The notes under the pieces were generated by a model, which worked only from the letters and a program-made list of their open reading frames with translations, was not told where the DNA came from and made no database searches. The position numbers and the translations under genes are program-made. This document shows positions 48,630 to 62,043 of a DNA stretch of 64,000 bases, piece after piece. Where the stretch lies: the NCBI RefSeq assembly GCF_018350175.1, contig NC_058383.1:19284001-19348000 (forward strand), given 5' to 3'. The stretch comes from Felis catus (lineage: Eukaryota). Numbering within the stretch: position 1 is the first letter of the stretch; every line of letters starts with the position of its first letter.

Positions 48630-50830
48630 GTTGTTTCCTTGGCGCTCATGTTTTCCTCCTTGCTTAACTGGAGTTACCTTTATGCCCCTGTCGATGCTGC
48701 CTCAAACCCCTTCCGTAACGGGTTTTCAAAAGGACGCTTCGTGAAACCCTACGGTTGGCATGTGATTTGTGGGAACATCCTTCCTCGTCCACATCCCGAC
48801 TTTGTCGTCCTTCTGTATCTTCCTTCTTTACAGGCGCCGAGAACCAGCCATGTTGAGACAGTCATGCATTTTTAATACATCGGTATTAATATTATTCCAA
48901 TCTAAGTCATTTGACTGACTCTGCAAGGCCAGTTCCCCGCGTGGCCCCGATGTCGAGTGACATACCCCTTCCAATGAGCGCACGACTGCTCAGCAAAGAT
49001 TAATGGCGGTGCAGCTCCGTGGGTATTTGCATTCATGAAGTGCTTTCCCCAGAGACAAACACCTGCCTGAGGCACCGCCGGCAGAATGACATTTGGAGCC
49101 AGCCCTCGCTGGGCCTACATGCTGAATGCCCTGGAGGGTCCGTGAGAGCAGACCCTTCCCTGGGCACCCAACTGAAGTTGGGCCAGAGGCACGATGACTG
49201 GGCCTCATTCATGGGCAGCCTGGGGGGGCCATCCTGAAGGCCCCACTCCGTAGGCTCTGTCACGAGCTAGGGGCTTTGGGAGGACCGGGAGGGGTTTACC
49301 CTGACAGTAGGCTTATCAGGGGCGGGGGTGAGGGGGGCTTTGGGGTTGAGCCACTGCTGCCCGGGACCCACCGTGCAGGCTTCGGGACCTGGCTCAGGGG
49401 CTGACTCGTCCAGGAACCCCTCGGCCCTCCCTGTCTGCCCCTCCTCCCCTCCTCTGGGCTCTCGGAGCTGGGCTTACAAGCTGGATGTGGGCAGCTGAAC
49501 GTGCGGGGACGTTCAGCTGCTGAGTGTCCACATGTGCGTGCCTGTCCTCACCTGGATGTGAGATCTTCAAGGACAGGGAAGAGGCCCAATCCCTAGGTAT
49601 CTTGGGGCCTAGCTCTGGGAACTGAACGTGCTCCTTCCCGGAGCACCTGAACTTGAATGTTTCATGGGGAAGAGATCTCAGTGGCCTTTCACATGTCCCC
49701 TGAGAAGAAGGACAATGAAAACCATTTTTGTGATGGAGAAACTTGAAGAAGACGGTGAGGCACCATGACATTTAACAAGCACCTAGTACCTGCCGGGCTC
49801 TGGGCCAAGCACTCTGACCCTCCCAACATCACACACTCAGGACAACAGACGTGGACGGGACCTGACAGATCGGGTCACAAGCAGCTCTATGGCTAAATCT
49901 GTGCCGGGCTGGCTCCCGGAGCAGTTAAAAATTTCAAAACGAGTCAATAAGATCTACAAATCGGGAGCTTTCACGTAACAGTGTGCATTTCCGGCCTCTC
50001 TTGAACATTGAGGCCATCTGGCATCATGGGGCCAGGGCTGAAAGACAGTGGCCGCTGCCTTGATGGGGCACAGCTCTCCGGTGACCACAGTCTCCACTGA
50101 AAGGCAGGACCATGTGATGGGCACCAGACCGCGTGGTAGTCATGTGACCACGGGCAAGATGCTCTGCTTTTCAGTGCCTCAGTTTCTCCATCTGTAGAAT
50201 GGAGCCCATCATGCCATACCCATCTTATAGGATGGCTGGACGGAAGAACTGGGCTGATACGTGCAAAGTCCCTTTGCCTACTGCCTGGCACACAGCACGT
50301 GCTCACGAAATGTAAGCTACCATCATGGTCTTAAACCCGTTCTACCGCCCCGGACGTATGTACCTGCCAAGGCTGGTACTCAGGGCTAACATGGCTGGGA
50401 GACTCCCTGCTCCCCTTGTTCCAGGCAGAGGCTGGCAGCAGGCACAGGAAGAGTCCCATCCACTCTAGCGTGGGGCTTAGCATCACTCTCCCTGTCTCAG
50501 GTCAGGACTCTCCTACCTCTGGGCCGAGGCACACGGGCAATGTGGCCAGTTCACCCAGAGCCAATTTTCAAACGTCGTCAAGTGGTCCACAAGCTGTACA
50601 ACCCCCTGCAGGGGTACACCTGCAGGGCGGATTTGGCCAGGGGGCACAAGCCGGGGATATCGGAGCCTCAGCAAACTGAGGAACACCTGGGGAAGCGTGT
50701 GACTTGGTGCCTGGAAGGGTGCGGCCGGAGATGCCAGAAGAGGCCCGGGGCAGGCTAGAGGCGCGCAGGAGGCTTGTGTGTGAAGGACCCTGACGTCCCC
50801 GAAAGGCGGGGCCTGTGATTAAGACAGGCT

Positions 50831-51045
50831 GGGGCGCCTGGGTGGCCTCGTGGGTTAAGCGTCCGACTTCAGCTCAGGCGATGATCTCGCGGTTCGTGAG
50901 TTCGAGCCCCGTGTCGGGTCCTGTGCTGACAACTCAGAACCTGGAGCCTCTTTTGGATTCTGTGTCTCCCTCTTTCTCTGCCCCTCCCTGACTTGCACTC
51001 GATCTCTCTCAAAAATGGATAAACGTTAAACAAAATTTCTTTTTA
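50831..51045 (+). mobile_element. Can-SINE
   Basis: Typical body. Confidence 0.94.
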
Positions 51046-52199
51046 AATAAGATGGGCTAGGCACTCCAGGTTGTGGGAACAGCAGGGAGCAAAGGCGTAG
51101 TGAAGAGGACAGTGTTATGGAGACCAGAGGGAGAGAAGAGTTGGGCAAGGACGGAAGAGCCAGAGGGGCCGGTCTGGGGGGCTGGGAGCGGGGGAGGTCC
51201 GCAACACACAAGCACGCACATGCGTGCAGGGTCCGGGCGAGCATCGCACGTGGGAGGGGCGACATGGTGTGATGCCCGTGTCACTGTGCCGGGGAGACTA
51301 GCAGGGGCGGGGAGGACGGTGGCGCCGTGATGGAGCTCTGCCACGGCTCCCAGGTGCGGATGTGGCCTGGGGTCGCCACAGCTTCCTTTCTCAATAAAAG
51401 TCGAAAATCCCCATTTTCATGTAAAACCGCCCAACTTTTCAAAGTTGGCAACGCAAAGAATTTTGCAAAGGCCGTTGGGAGCCGGCTGAAATCTGTCTGC
51501 GAGCAGCCTGTGGTTGGCCGGGGACACAGCCTCCGTGGTGGCCTTCTTCCCAGGATGGACCAGGGAGGGGTCACGGCAGGGGGCTGTGCCACTCTCCCTG
51601 GAGGCTTCCTGCAGCTGCGAGGTCCCTGGCTCATGCCCTGGCTCATGCCCTGACTCATCCCACGTCACCGCACCGGCCTCGTTGAACTGTGGTTCGTTTC
51701 TGATGCCGCTGGGTGTGAGCTGGCAGGCGTAAGACAGCGCATCTGATTCCTGGCCCCAGCACAACAGCAGAGTGTGGGCGATCGATAAGCCCCTGCTGAT
51801 GAGGCTAAGGGCTGAGAGGCTAAGCAAGTAGAGAGGGAGATGGGGGCGTCTCGCTCGGGGGTCTGTGGGCCGAAGGGGCAGCTGGGTCCTGAAGGAGATA
51901 GGTTTTGGCCACAGAAATAGCAGGACTTAGGGATGCCCAGCGAGGGGCAGAGGGAGAAGAGGAGGACTCAGGGGTGGGAGGCCGCAAAAGGGAGCAGGGG
52001 ACCAGACCGGCTGGGACAGACCAGCCTGGGCTCGGGGATGCGGAGTTGGGAGGGTCCGTGGACTGCTGGGCAGAAATGCCAAAGACAAGCGTCTGGGGGC
52101 CAGGATGAAAGGAAGCTCGGTTCAGAAGTTAAGCTTTGGGGAAGGTTGAGATCTGGGAGCCGATGAATTTGTCCGATGGCACGTGACTTCTGTGTTCTT

Positions 52200-52875
52200 G
52201 GAGAAAAAGTAAAAAGACCTCGTTTGGATATCATTTCCTACGTGTTCCCTTCTCGTGGAGAGAGTACCTCAGTTTTCCACCAGGCATCCATCCTTCCCCC
52301 AACCTCTCTTCAGAGGGATAACATGAACCCCACCCCAGGTTGCCTGGCCGGCGTGTCCTAGATCTGGGCCTCTCAGGAGGACAATCTCTGCAAGGGCTGA
52401 TGTAATAAGGAGTCTGACACCATTAAGTGCCACCCCTTGGAGACTGAGGATGAAGCCAATATAGAGGAAAGCAGAGATGCATGGTAGAGGGAGGTAGATT
52501 CTGGACCACATCATGTGAACTCCTGGATCCTGCCATGCCTGAAGCCAGATTCCCTATACTCTCTTGTTACATGAGCTGATGAACTCTCTTTTGTGCTTAT
52601 GTCAGTTTTTTTTTTTTAAGTTTATTTATTTATTTTCAGAGAGAAAGAGAGTGCAGGAGCGTGTGAGCAGGGGAGGGGCAGAGAGAGAGAATCCCAAGCA
52701 GGCTCTAACACTGTCAGCATGGAGCCGGATGCAGGGATCGAACGCACAAACCATGAGATCATGACCTGAGCCAAAATCAAGAGTCAGATGCTCAACCAAC
52801 TGAGTCACCCTGTGCTTACGTCCGTTTTAATTAGGTTTTCTGTTCTTTGCTACCAAGAGAATCCTGACTGATACT
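52200..52875 (+). mobile_element. MLT1-like LTR interrupted by a Can-SINE at ~52606-52810 (-)
   Basis: cctggatcctgccatgcctgaagcc...ggttttctgttctttgctaccaagagaatcctgactgatac; SINE TSD tgtgctta(t/c)gtc(a/c)gtttt. Confidence 0.75.
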
Positions 52876-53586
52876 CTATCTCTGGGACTGAGAACTTTAA
52901 TCAGTAGGCTCAGCTACTCAGTCAATGCTGGTCAAGGCAGGCAGGAGGTGGGAGGGGGAGCCCCAACCCCTAGGGGGCCCAGGATTTACTGAGACCGGCA
53001 CCTGCCTGCGGGCAGCCCTCCCCTACTCAGACATCTGTCTAGCCCAGCTACCACTTGTTCCCCCTACAGTCCGCACAGCCCAGGGCAGGAGTCTCGGCTT
53101 CCGTCCTGGTTCTACATCTGTACACTCCTCCCTGCTGGGAGGTCGTCCGGTCCTGAATCCCCAACCTGCTGCTTGGATCCTGAACACCTTGTTGGGCCCC
53201 CTCTCCGAAGGCTGAATTCTCTGCTTGCCTCTCCTGCCCCTGCAGGCTGGGGGCCTGTTTCAGACCCAGGACTCCTGGGGGCTCTCAAGGTTACCATGCC
53301 CCTAACCTCCTGAGTGTGGACTAGGCTCCCAGATTTCAGCACCCTCTGGTGACTGACAGTGGCCTAGACCAAGCCCGAGGTCACGCACCTGGGTCGGTCC
53401 CCTTCCCACCAGCCGCCCTACTAAGATGCATGGTGCTCCCCAGGCTCGAGGCTGCCCAGACCCTGCCATGGGGCACAGCCACCAGGTCGCTCAGACTCGG
53501 CTGTACCTCAGTTGCACCTTTGACTTCAAAGCTACTGCCACGTTTGGTCTTAATCCAAACAAAACAACTATAAAAAAAACAATTTG

Positions 53587-53780
53587 GGGGGCACCTGGGT
53601 GTCTCAGTTGGTTGAGCATCTGACTTCGGCTCAGGTCGTGATCTTGGGGTTTGTGGGTCTGAGCCCATCATCGGGCTCGCTGCTGTCAGCGTGGAGCCTG
53701 CTTCGGATCCTCTGTCCCCCCATCCTCTCTGCCCCTCCCCTGCCTACATTCTAACAAAAATAAATAAACATTTTTTAAAA
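53587..53780 (+). mobile_element. Can-SINE
   Basis: Typical body, directly abutting the L1 fragment. Confidence 0.93.
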
Positions 53781-53790
53781 ACCCAATTTT

Positions 53791-55183
53791 TATGGCACAA
53801 ACACAGACACTCTGATCAATGGAACAGGATAGAAAACCCAGAAATGGACCCACAAACATATGGCCAACTCATCTTTGACAAAGCAGGAAAGAACATCCAA
53901 TGGAATAAAGACAGTCTCTTTAGCAAATGGTGCTGGGAAAACTGGACAGCGACATGCAGAAGAGTGAACCTGGACCACTTTCTTACACCAGACACAAAAA
54001 TAAACTCAAAATGGATGAAACACCTCAATGCAAGACAGGAAGCCATCCAAATCCTCGAGGAGAAAGCAGGCAAAAACCTCTTTGATCTTGGCCACAGCAA
54101 CTTCTTACTCAACACGCCTCTGGAGGCAAGGGAAACAAAAACAAAAATGAACTACTGGGACCTCATCAAAGTAAAAAGCTTCTGCACAGCCAAGGAAACA
54201 ATCAGCAAAACTAAAAGGCAACCAACAGAATGGGAGAAGATAGTTGCAAATGACATATCAGATAAAGGGTTAGTATCCAAAATCTATAAGGAACTTCTCA
54301 AACTCAACACCCAAAAAACAAATAACCCGGTGAAGAAATGGGCAAAAGACACGAATAGACACTTCTCCAAAGAAGACATCCAGATGGCCAACCGATGCAT
54401 GAAAAGATGCTCACCATCACTCATCATCCGGGAAATACAAATCAAAACCACAATGAGATACCACCTCACACCTGTCAGAATGGCTAACATGAAAAACTCA
54501 GGCAACAACAGATGTTGGCGAGGATGCAGAGAAAGAGGATCTTTTTTGCATTGTTGGTGGGAACGCAAACTGGTGCAGCCACTCTGGAAAACAGTATGGA
54601 GGTTCCTCAAAAAAATTGAAAACAGAACTACCCTATGACCCAGCCATGGCACTACTAGGCATTTATCCAAGGGATACAGGGATGCTGTTTCGAAGGGGCA
54701 CATGCACCCCCATGTTTATAGTAGCACTATCAACAATAGCCAAAGTATGGAAAGAGCCCAAATGTCCATCGGTGGATGAATGGATAAAGAAGAGTGGTAT
54801 ATACATACAACGGAGTATTACTCGGCAATCCAAAAGAATGAAATCTTGCCATCTGCGACTACGTGGATGGAACTAGAGTGTATTATGCTAAGCGAAATTG
54901 GTCAGAGAAAGACAATTATCATATGACTTCACTCATATGAGGACTTTAAGACACAGAACAGATGAACATAAGGGAAGGGAAGCAAAACTAATATGAAAAC
55001 AGGGAGGGGGACAAAACAGAAGAGACTCTTAAATATGGAGAACAAACTGAGGGTTGCTGGAGGGGTTGTGGGAGGGGGGGGGGTGGGCTGAATGGGTAAG
55101 GGGCACTAAGGAATCTACTCCTGAAATCATTGTTGCACTCTATGCTAACTAATTTGGATGTACACTAAAAATAAATAAATAAA
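53791..55183 (+). mobile_element. 5'-truncated carnivore/felid L1: ORF2 C-terminus (frameshifted), 3' UTR and A-rich tail
   Basis: [17 protein letters not shown]...CWENWTATC...YHLTPVRMA...[27 protein letters not shown]... continues in the next frame; G-rich 3' UTR and (TAAA)n tail. Confidence 0.97.
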
Positions 55184-56419
55184 TTGAGACAATTAGGGAT
55201 ACTTGAACACGAACCGGGCTGTGGCGCACAATAACCAATTACCGCCAGGTATGACAGTGGCATTGGAGTTGCATAAAAACAAACTCCTTATCTGTTAGAG
55301 ATGGGCACTGAAGAACTGATGAGTGGAATGGTATGAGAGCCACAATCCACGTGGTGGGAAGTAAACGAAACCAGAAGGGCGGGATGTCGATTACCACGGG
55401 AGCAGGTGAGGGGTACGTGGATTGTTTGAGCTCATCTCTTTCCTTCCACGTTTGTTTGAAAATTCTCCCTTCTGCCCCAAACAAAGGCCTTGTTGGAAAT
55501 GCAAACGTTGTCCTGGGATGAAGCGAGTCTCCCCGTGGGGCACCCCATAAGCACCAGACCCCCTCATCCAAGCCACCATGACCCTTAGCTAGACGATGCT
55601 AGAAGCCTCCTGTGGGGGCTCCCTGTTCCCTCTAAGCCACTCCCCAAACAGCGGCCGGAGTCATCTTTTAAATTCCTCATATTCTATCACCCCTGGCTCA
55701 AAACCCTCCAATGACGACGCCAACTACTAACACTTGTATAAGACTCACAAAGCCCAGGAGTCATTCTGAGAGCTTTCTATGTATTAACTGAAGAATAATT
55801 ACCCAGTTTTATGAAGAAACGGAGGCACAGAGATGCAGAGCAACATGCCCAAGGTCACACAGCCAGGAAGAGGCGGATGAGGAGGAGCCAGGACTTGCCC
55901 CAGCTGGGCTGGCTCTGGTGCCTGGGCTCTGACCACTTCTCTATATGCTGCCTCTCTGGGCATAAGATCTGAGCCAGGGAGGCCCACACGACCTGGTTCC
56001 CACCCCTCTCAGGGACCTCCCCTTACCCTCTCCTTTGTTCAGTATCCCCAGCCGCGGCCTAGACTCCTATCCTAGAAGTGCTAAGCATGCTCCTGCCTCA
56101 GGGCCTTTGCTCCAGCTCTGGCCTCTGATGGAAGGTCTCTCGCTACTCAAAGCAGCCCTGCCTCCTTCTCTTCTCCCCATGCCCTTCTCCCACGGCCCTA
56201 TTACATCGTCTTCGGGACACTTAGAGCTACCTGAAATTACATTCGTTTATATCCTTGTCCGTTGCCCTTCCCCACGAGAAGGGACAGGGCCGTGTGGACA
56301 GGGCCTTGTCTGTTTCTTCAGCACGGCACCCTGAGTGCCAAGATCCGTGCGGTGCCACACACGGTCACCAGCCACAGATGGCGGCTGGCGTTACAGTCAA
56401 ATTAAAGGTAAGATGCAGC

Positions 56420-57490
56420 TTCTCGTAAGAGATAAGCGTGGGCAAGAATGCAGAGACAAGGGAACCCTAGCACTGTTGGTGGGTCCGTGACATGGAGCAG
56501 CCACTGTGGGGAACAGTATGGAGGCTCCCCCCAGAATGAAGAGCAGGACTTCCACGTGATTCAGCAGTTCTGCATCTGGGGATTTATCCGCATGAAATGC
56601 AATCACTAGCTCGAAAAGATACGGGTACCCCCATGTCCACCTCAGCATTACTTACAGCAGCCAAGACACGGAAACAACCCACGTGTCCACGGACAGGGGA
56701 ATGGACGAGGAAGTTGTGGCACATACACACAGTGGAATATTACCCGGCCATAAAAGATGAAACCTCGCCGTTTGCAAATGGATGGACCTTGAGTGCACTG
56801 CGCTAAGTGAAATAAGTCAGACAGAGAAAAGGCAAATATTGCATCATCCCACTTACACGTGCGGCTTAAAAAAAACCCGAGCGCAGGGGCGCCTGGGTGG
56901 CTCAGTAGGTTAAGCCTCCGACTTCGGCTCAGATCACGATCTCGTGGTCTGTGGGTTCGAGCCCCCCGTCGGGCTCTGTGCTGACCGCGCGGAGACTGGA
57001 GCCTGCTTCGGATGCCGTGTCCCCCTCTCTCTCTGCCCCACCCCTGCTTGTGCTCTGCCTCTGTCTCTCAAAAATTAATAAATGTTAAAAAGCAAACAAA
57101 CAAACCTGAACACATAGATCCAGAGAACAGACTGGTGGTTGCCAGAGGCAGGAAGTGGGAGGTGGTGATAAGGGGGGAGAAGCACCAAAAGGCACAAACT
57201 TCCAGGTACAAGATAAAAAAGTCCTGGGGATGTAACATACAGCATGGTGACTGTAGTTAACAATACTGTATCGTAAATTTGAAAGTGCCTAAGAAAGTTG
57301 ATCTTTAAAGTTCTCATCATGAGAAAAAAAATTTTTGTAACTATGTGAGCTGTGGATGTTAACTAAACTGATTATTTAGTTTCGTTTATTATTTAGTAAT
57401 TATTTGCCATATGTACCTATCTCAAAGGCTGTACCCCTAAAACGAATACAGTCTTATATGTCAATTACACCTCAATTAAAAATAAATAAA
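56420..57490 (+). mobile_element. Older L1 (L1MA/MB-like) 3' end interrupted by a Can-SINE at ~56887-57100 (+)
   Basis: Degenerate ORF2 end (TPMSTSALLTAAKTRKQPTCP...EYYPAIK) and L1MA-type 3' UTR. Confidence 0.88.
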
Positions 57491-57493
57491 TAA

Positions 57494-57708
57494 GGGGTGC
57501 TTGAGAAGCTCAGTTGGTTAAGTGACCGATTTTGGCTCAGGTCATGATCTCACGGTTCATGAGTTCAAGCCCCGCATCAGGCTCCGTGCTGACAGCTCAG
57601 AGGCTGGAGCCCGCTTCAGAGTCTGCGTCTCCCTGTGTCTGCCCCTCCCCCTCTTGCACTCTGTCTCTCGCTGTGTCTCAAAAATAAATAAACGTTTAAA
57701 AAAACTTA

Positions 57709-57751
<43 letters not shown>

Positions 57752-57752
57752 A
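57494..57752 (+). mobile_element. Can-SINE with (TAAA)n tail
   Basis: Typical body, inserted at the L1 tail. Confidence 0.92.
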
Positions 57753-57880
57753 ATGCAGTTTCTTAGTTACTGGCCACACTGCAAGTTCTCAACAGCCACC
57801 TGTGGCTTGGGGGGTTACTGAACCGGCCGGGGCAGACACAGAGCGTTGATATCATTGTAGAAAGTTCTCTGGGGCAGCAG
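57753..57880. mobile_element. MER3/MER33-like hAT fragment
   Basis: tggccacactgcaagttctcaacagccacctgtggct...atcattgtagaaagttctctgg. Confidence 0.6.
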
Positions 57881-60800
57881 GGGCTTCGACTGCCATAGCA
57901 TATCACAGAGTTACACCGCTGGGGAACTCTGACATCCATTCATTCATAAACTATCTAAGGAGCAGCTTTTCTGTGTATGAAATACACCCCTGGGTGTCCG
58001 TCCTGCCTCACTCGCTGTTGTGACCAAATGGAAGTGGCATCGGCACCGGTTATGCTGTGCGCGAAGATGGTGACAACGTGCCTGTCGTTCCTGAAGGGTG
58101 CCACCAGATAGCAGATAACTAACAGGCTTGTTACAAAGGGAAACACAGACCCTGGGGAGCGGCCGAAAGCCCACTTTTTGGATGGGTTACTACACACGAG
58201 AGTAAGGGAGACTTCTGGTTCCTTCCTCCTCTCTTCTGCAGGGGTGGGGGCGGTGCTGAGAAAAAACCCAGAAAAACCAACACCTCTCACGCTCCCCTCT
58301 CCACCGTGTCCCCTGCAAGTCACTAGCTGGGCCAAGTCGTGGAATCTGACAAGTATCAAAAAATGTGACAGACGTATTATCACATCCTCCTCCTGAGCCC
58401 GAGGCCGACATCACTGATCAATCACACACCCTCTTCTTTTTGAACCAGAAGGAAGGTTCCAGCTCCTTCCCAAGACAGCACTCCAGGCAGCCATTGCCAA
58501 GCAGAGCTGGTAAAAAAGACAGTCTACCCGCCCCCTAGGAGCTCGCTACTCTAAGCCCCAGCTTCTTCACCTCCAAGGCTGACACCACCTTGTAGGATTA
58601 TTGGGGGTCAGTCGAGATGATTCATTTGCTCAGTTATTGGTGTTATTTGGGTGCCTCATGCCCGCCTGATGGACGCGGCACTGGATAAACGGCAGCTGTG
58701 ACAAGGACAGACATCTGTGTGCTGCCTTCTGTTTGCCTGTGTGGATGCATTCCAGCCTCTGTGTCTTCCCTTCCCCTGAAGTCCCTCCCCTCGGGGCCAG
58801 CCCACACCCACCGCCTCACCTGATGAGGGGGAGAGGAGCCCAGAAAAGTTAGCCTGGGGATTTAACGGGCGGCATATTTTGCAATAAGAGAGACTTCCCT
58901 TTTTCTAGCACCTTCTCGTCTTATGTTCTCAATACGCCTTGGTTGGATTAGCTCCCCCCATTTAACTTTTCTTCCTTGGATTCCCATACACAAAACACTG
59001 TATTAACAAGCCGTGTCTACCAGGCTGAGCTATATTTCCTATAAAGTCTCAGTTTATCTCCTCTAAAACACACAGTAATAGCATTCTCCGGAGAATATTA
59101 AATCAAACCAACCTGCCGCTGCATTTGTTTGCGCTTTCTGCCCCCGGTAAATTCTGGCAACAGACGGGTGTGCGTTACATAAGCAGCACCCCTGTCAGGG
59201 ACTGCAGTCCTCCGCACTCCACTCTGCGTGTAGAGATACCTCCTCAGGACTCTAATCCCCGCAGCCGAGGCTCCCCAAAGCACCCGCAACGACACCCTGA
59301 CGTCCTGCTCCTCTTTTTTATTCTTTGCACACAGGGAAGCCTGAGTGCAGGTTCAAGAAGAAAGGCGGGCCGCGGCCAAAAGGGATGAAGCTTATCTGCT
59401 TTGTAATCCAGCACATCAAATCCGCTTTCCTTGGCCTGAGACGTATAGTCAATGACAGGGCTGAGCCACAGGGCACGGGCTTGGGCAGTCAGCACTGTTC
59501 CATTACTCATTCCAGAAGATGCTGACGACCACCTGCCAGGAAGTGCCCAAGAGGAGAGAGCATGGCCCTACCTGCTGGTAGTGTCCGCGGCTACACAGGT
59601 GTGGGGGTCCCGCTAGGGCCCGGAGGACAGCCCCTAAGCACACAGCTGGACGCCCGGGGGGGGGGGTGGGGGGGTGGCTGAGAGAATTAGCAGGAAGAAG
59701 TACAGGATGGGGGGGATGGGAAGGAGGGAGGAGGGGCAGACTCCCCTGGACTTGATCCTCAGCTTTAACCTTCCGTACGAGCCTGCTCAAACACCCGGAA
59801 CTCTGATTCCCTGTGTCTCATCTGGATATCAAAAAGCGTGAGACAGCTGCTTGTGGGTTCTGGGGAATGAACTCATTCCTTCAGCTGGCAACCATGCATT
59901 TCTACTTCGCAGGGTCTTGACGTGGAGACAGCACAGGTCCTGCTCCCCAGGTGCCCACGGTGGTCTGGGGGAGGCAGGTGTCAATCCCAGTATGGGGATG
60001 ATGGAACATATTCATGAGGGCCAGAAGGTATAAGGCATAAGGGCATAAGGGCCAGGGGTCAGGGCCAGCTTCCTGGAGAAAATGATGTCTCGTTTTCCAG
60101 GAATCTACGGCAGAGGCGGGCACTTCGAGCTGAGCCGGATGGGAGGGTCCGGGGCCTACAGGGTAATTGCCGTGTGGGGTGGTAGAGAGTCACAGCAGCT
60201 GACACTCCGGAGTGTGGAGCCAGCAAGGGGCAGGGGCTGATGGGAGACACAGGGCCTGGCGCACAGGGATTACGAGGCCCTGATGTCACAGTAAGGGGTT
60301 TGACCTGGGTCCTCTGGGACAGGGGGAGCCTCTGAGGGTGTGAAGCAGCAAAGAATGATGATCAGACCTCCCAGGGGCTGCTGGAGACGGACTGGAGGCC
60401 TGGGCCTGGGGACAGCGAGAGCAGTTCAGAGGCTGCACCCTTCCACACCTCAGTGCCTTTGCACATGGGGGGCTCCCCACCTGGGACCTGCTTTCTTCTT
60501 TTCTACCTTGGCTCTGTGCTATTGTCTCTTTCCGCCACAGCTCAGTTGTGGGCTCCAAGCCCCTTCCCTGAGCTCTCCCAGCCTGATGCAGGCTCCCTCC
60601 ACGTTCCAGGGGCTACAGTCTAGACAGGCCAACTCCAGCCCAGCGATGAGTTTGCTTTGACTGTATAGTGGTTTCAAAGGAATTTCAATTAGCTGTTGAC
60701 ATTTACAAACCAGAAAGGCTCCTATCAAATTCCAAATTCCCAACTCCCTGGGAATGTTCAGATGACCTAGCAGCACTGGCTGGCATTCCTATATAGCAGC

Positions 60801-61409
60801 CATTAACTGAAGCTGAAAAGTGGCCTTCCCTTTACCTAAAGCATGTGCTTACCAGTTCGCCACACTCCCCACCATGCCCTGCCGTCTCTTTTCGCAATAC
60901 TGAAGCTGAGGACCAGTTTCCATCATTCATCTCCCTTGCATTATTGCTTCCCTGAGAACAAGTTGGAAGGGAGAGCAGAGCAATTCTTGTCCCCATGTCT
61001 GTCATAAGAGGGGAAACAAGTCACGCACTGAGTTCCCTGCTGAGTTCCTGGGCTTTCTGTTTGAAACCCTGGGCACTCTGCAGTCACCTCTATCAAGGCC
61101 TTCAGCACACTGCGTCCTATTTTTACAATTACTTGTCTGCCAGCTTTTAGACCAGAAGTACCTCCTGGACAGGGACTGGGTCTGTGATACCAATGTCCTC
61201 CGAACTGATCAGGAAGGCCGATGGTACATATGCTCAACAATAAATGTCGAATGAAGAAATAAATACAAACGAGAGCATGAAAAAACAGCCCAGAGAAGAA
61301 AGAAAGCATAAGTGCCTGGAGGTAGGAGGTGGTGTGGGGGTAGAAAGGAGGGCAGGGATGCTGAAACCGGGGGGACAGAGGAGCACAGAGGTTAAGAGCC
61401 TCACTGTTC

Positions 61410-61550
61410 AGAGTGGGGTTCTCACCCCAGGGACACTGGCACAGGTGGATGCAAAATCTTGGGCTCTGCTCCAGACCCGCTGAATCGGAACCTGAATTTT
61501 AGCAAGAGTCCCGGTAAGGTATCGCAGATTAAGGTTTGAGAAGCCCTGGC
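61410..61550. mobile_element. MER5A-like hAT MITE
   Basis: cagagtggggttctcacc...ccagacccgctgaatcggaa...aaggtttgagaagccctg, with imperfect terminal inverted repeats. Confidence 0.65.
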
Positions 61551-61905
61551 TAAGTGAACGGGCCCAGAGTCTGACTGCGTGGGTTCAAATTCTCACTGTG
61601 ACGCTTCCTTGCTGTGTGACTTGGGGCATGTCACACAACCTCTCTGTGTGTCTGTTTCTTATCTATTAACATTGAGCCCCAGTTCCGGCAAAGGGCGGCC
61701 ACACCTGCAAGCTGAGGCCCTGCTCCTGGTGGCCCCAACCATGCAGTGTGAAATGCACCACCAGGCATTCTGCAACAGGCAGGAAGGGCCGCAGTGGGGC
61801 CTCCGCGTACCCATTTTGCAACTTCAGCACTCAGGCTGTTGGACAGCGCTAAAGTGCTTCTGTCAGTCAAACGCCCAAGGAGTAGTCGGGGGGACCCTTA
61901 CTTAC

Positions 61906-62043
61906 ACCATCAGCTGTCCAGTAATTCCAAACCTTGATCTTGGCTAGATCAAAGTCGTGCAGGCAGCTCGTGTTGCGGATAACAAAAAAGAGCTGGAGCG
62001 GCGGGTGGAAGGGGCACGTCCACAAGGAGGGGTCTTTCTTGCT
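61906..62043 (-). CDS. KATNIP: KATNIP coding exon (~exon 14), 138 nt, phase 0/0; gene continues upstream beyond the window
   Basis: Acceptor tttcag|AGC, donor GGT|gtaagt. Encodes SKKDPSLWTCPFHPPLQLFFVIRNTSCLHDFDLAKIKVWNYWTADG and joins in frame to the 43327 exon. Confidence 0.9.

Noticed and set aside
53691..54638. 315-aa ORF as a host gene or active retroelement
   Set aside because: It is a 5'-truncated, frameshifted L1 ORF2 lacking the endonuclease and RT domains.
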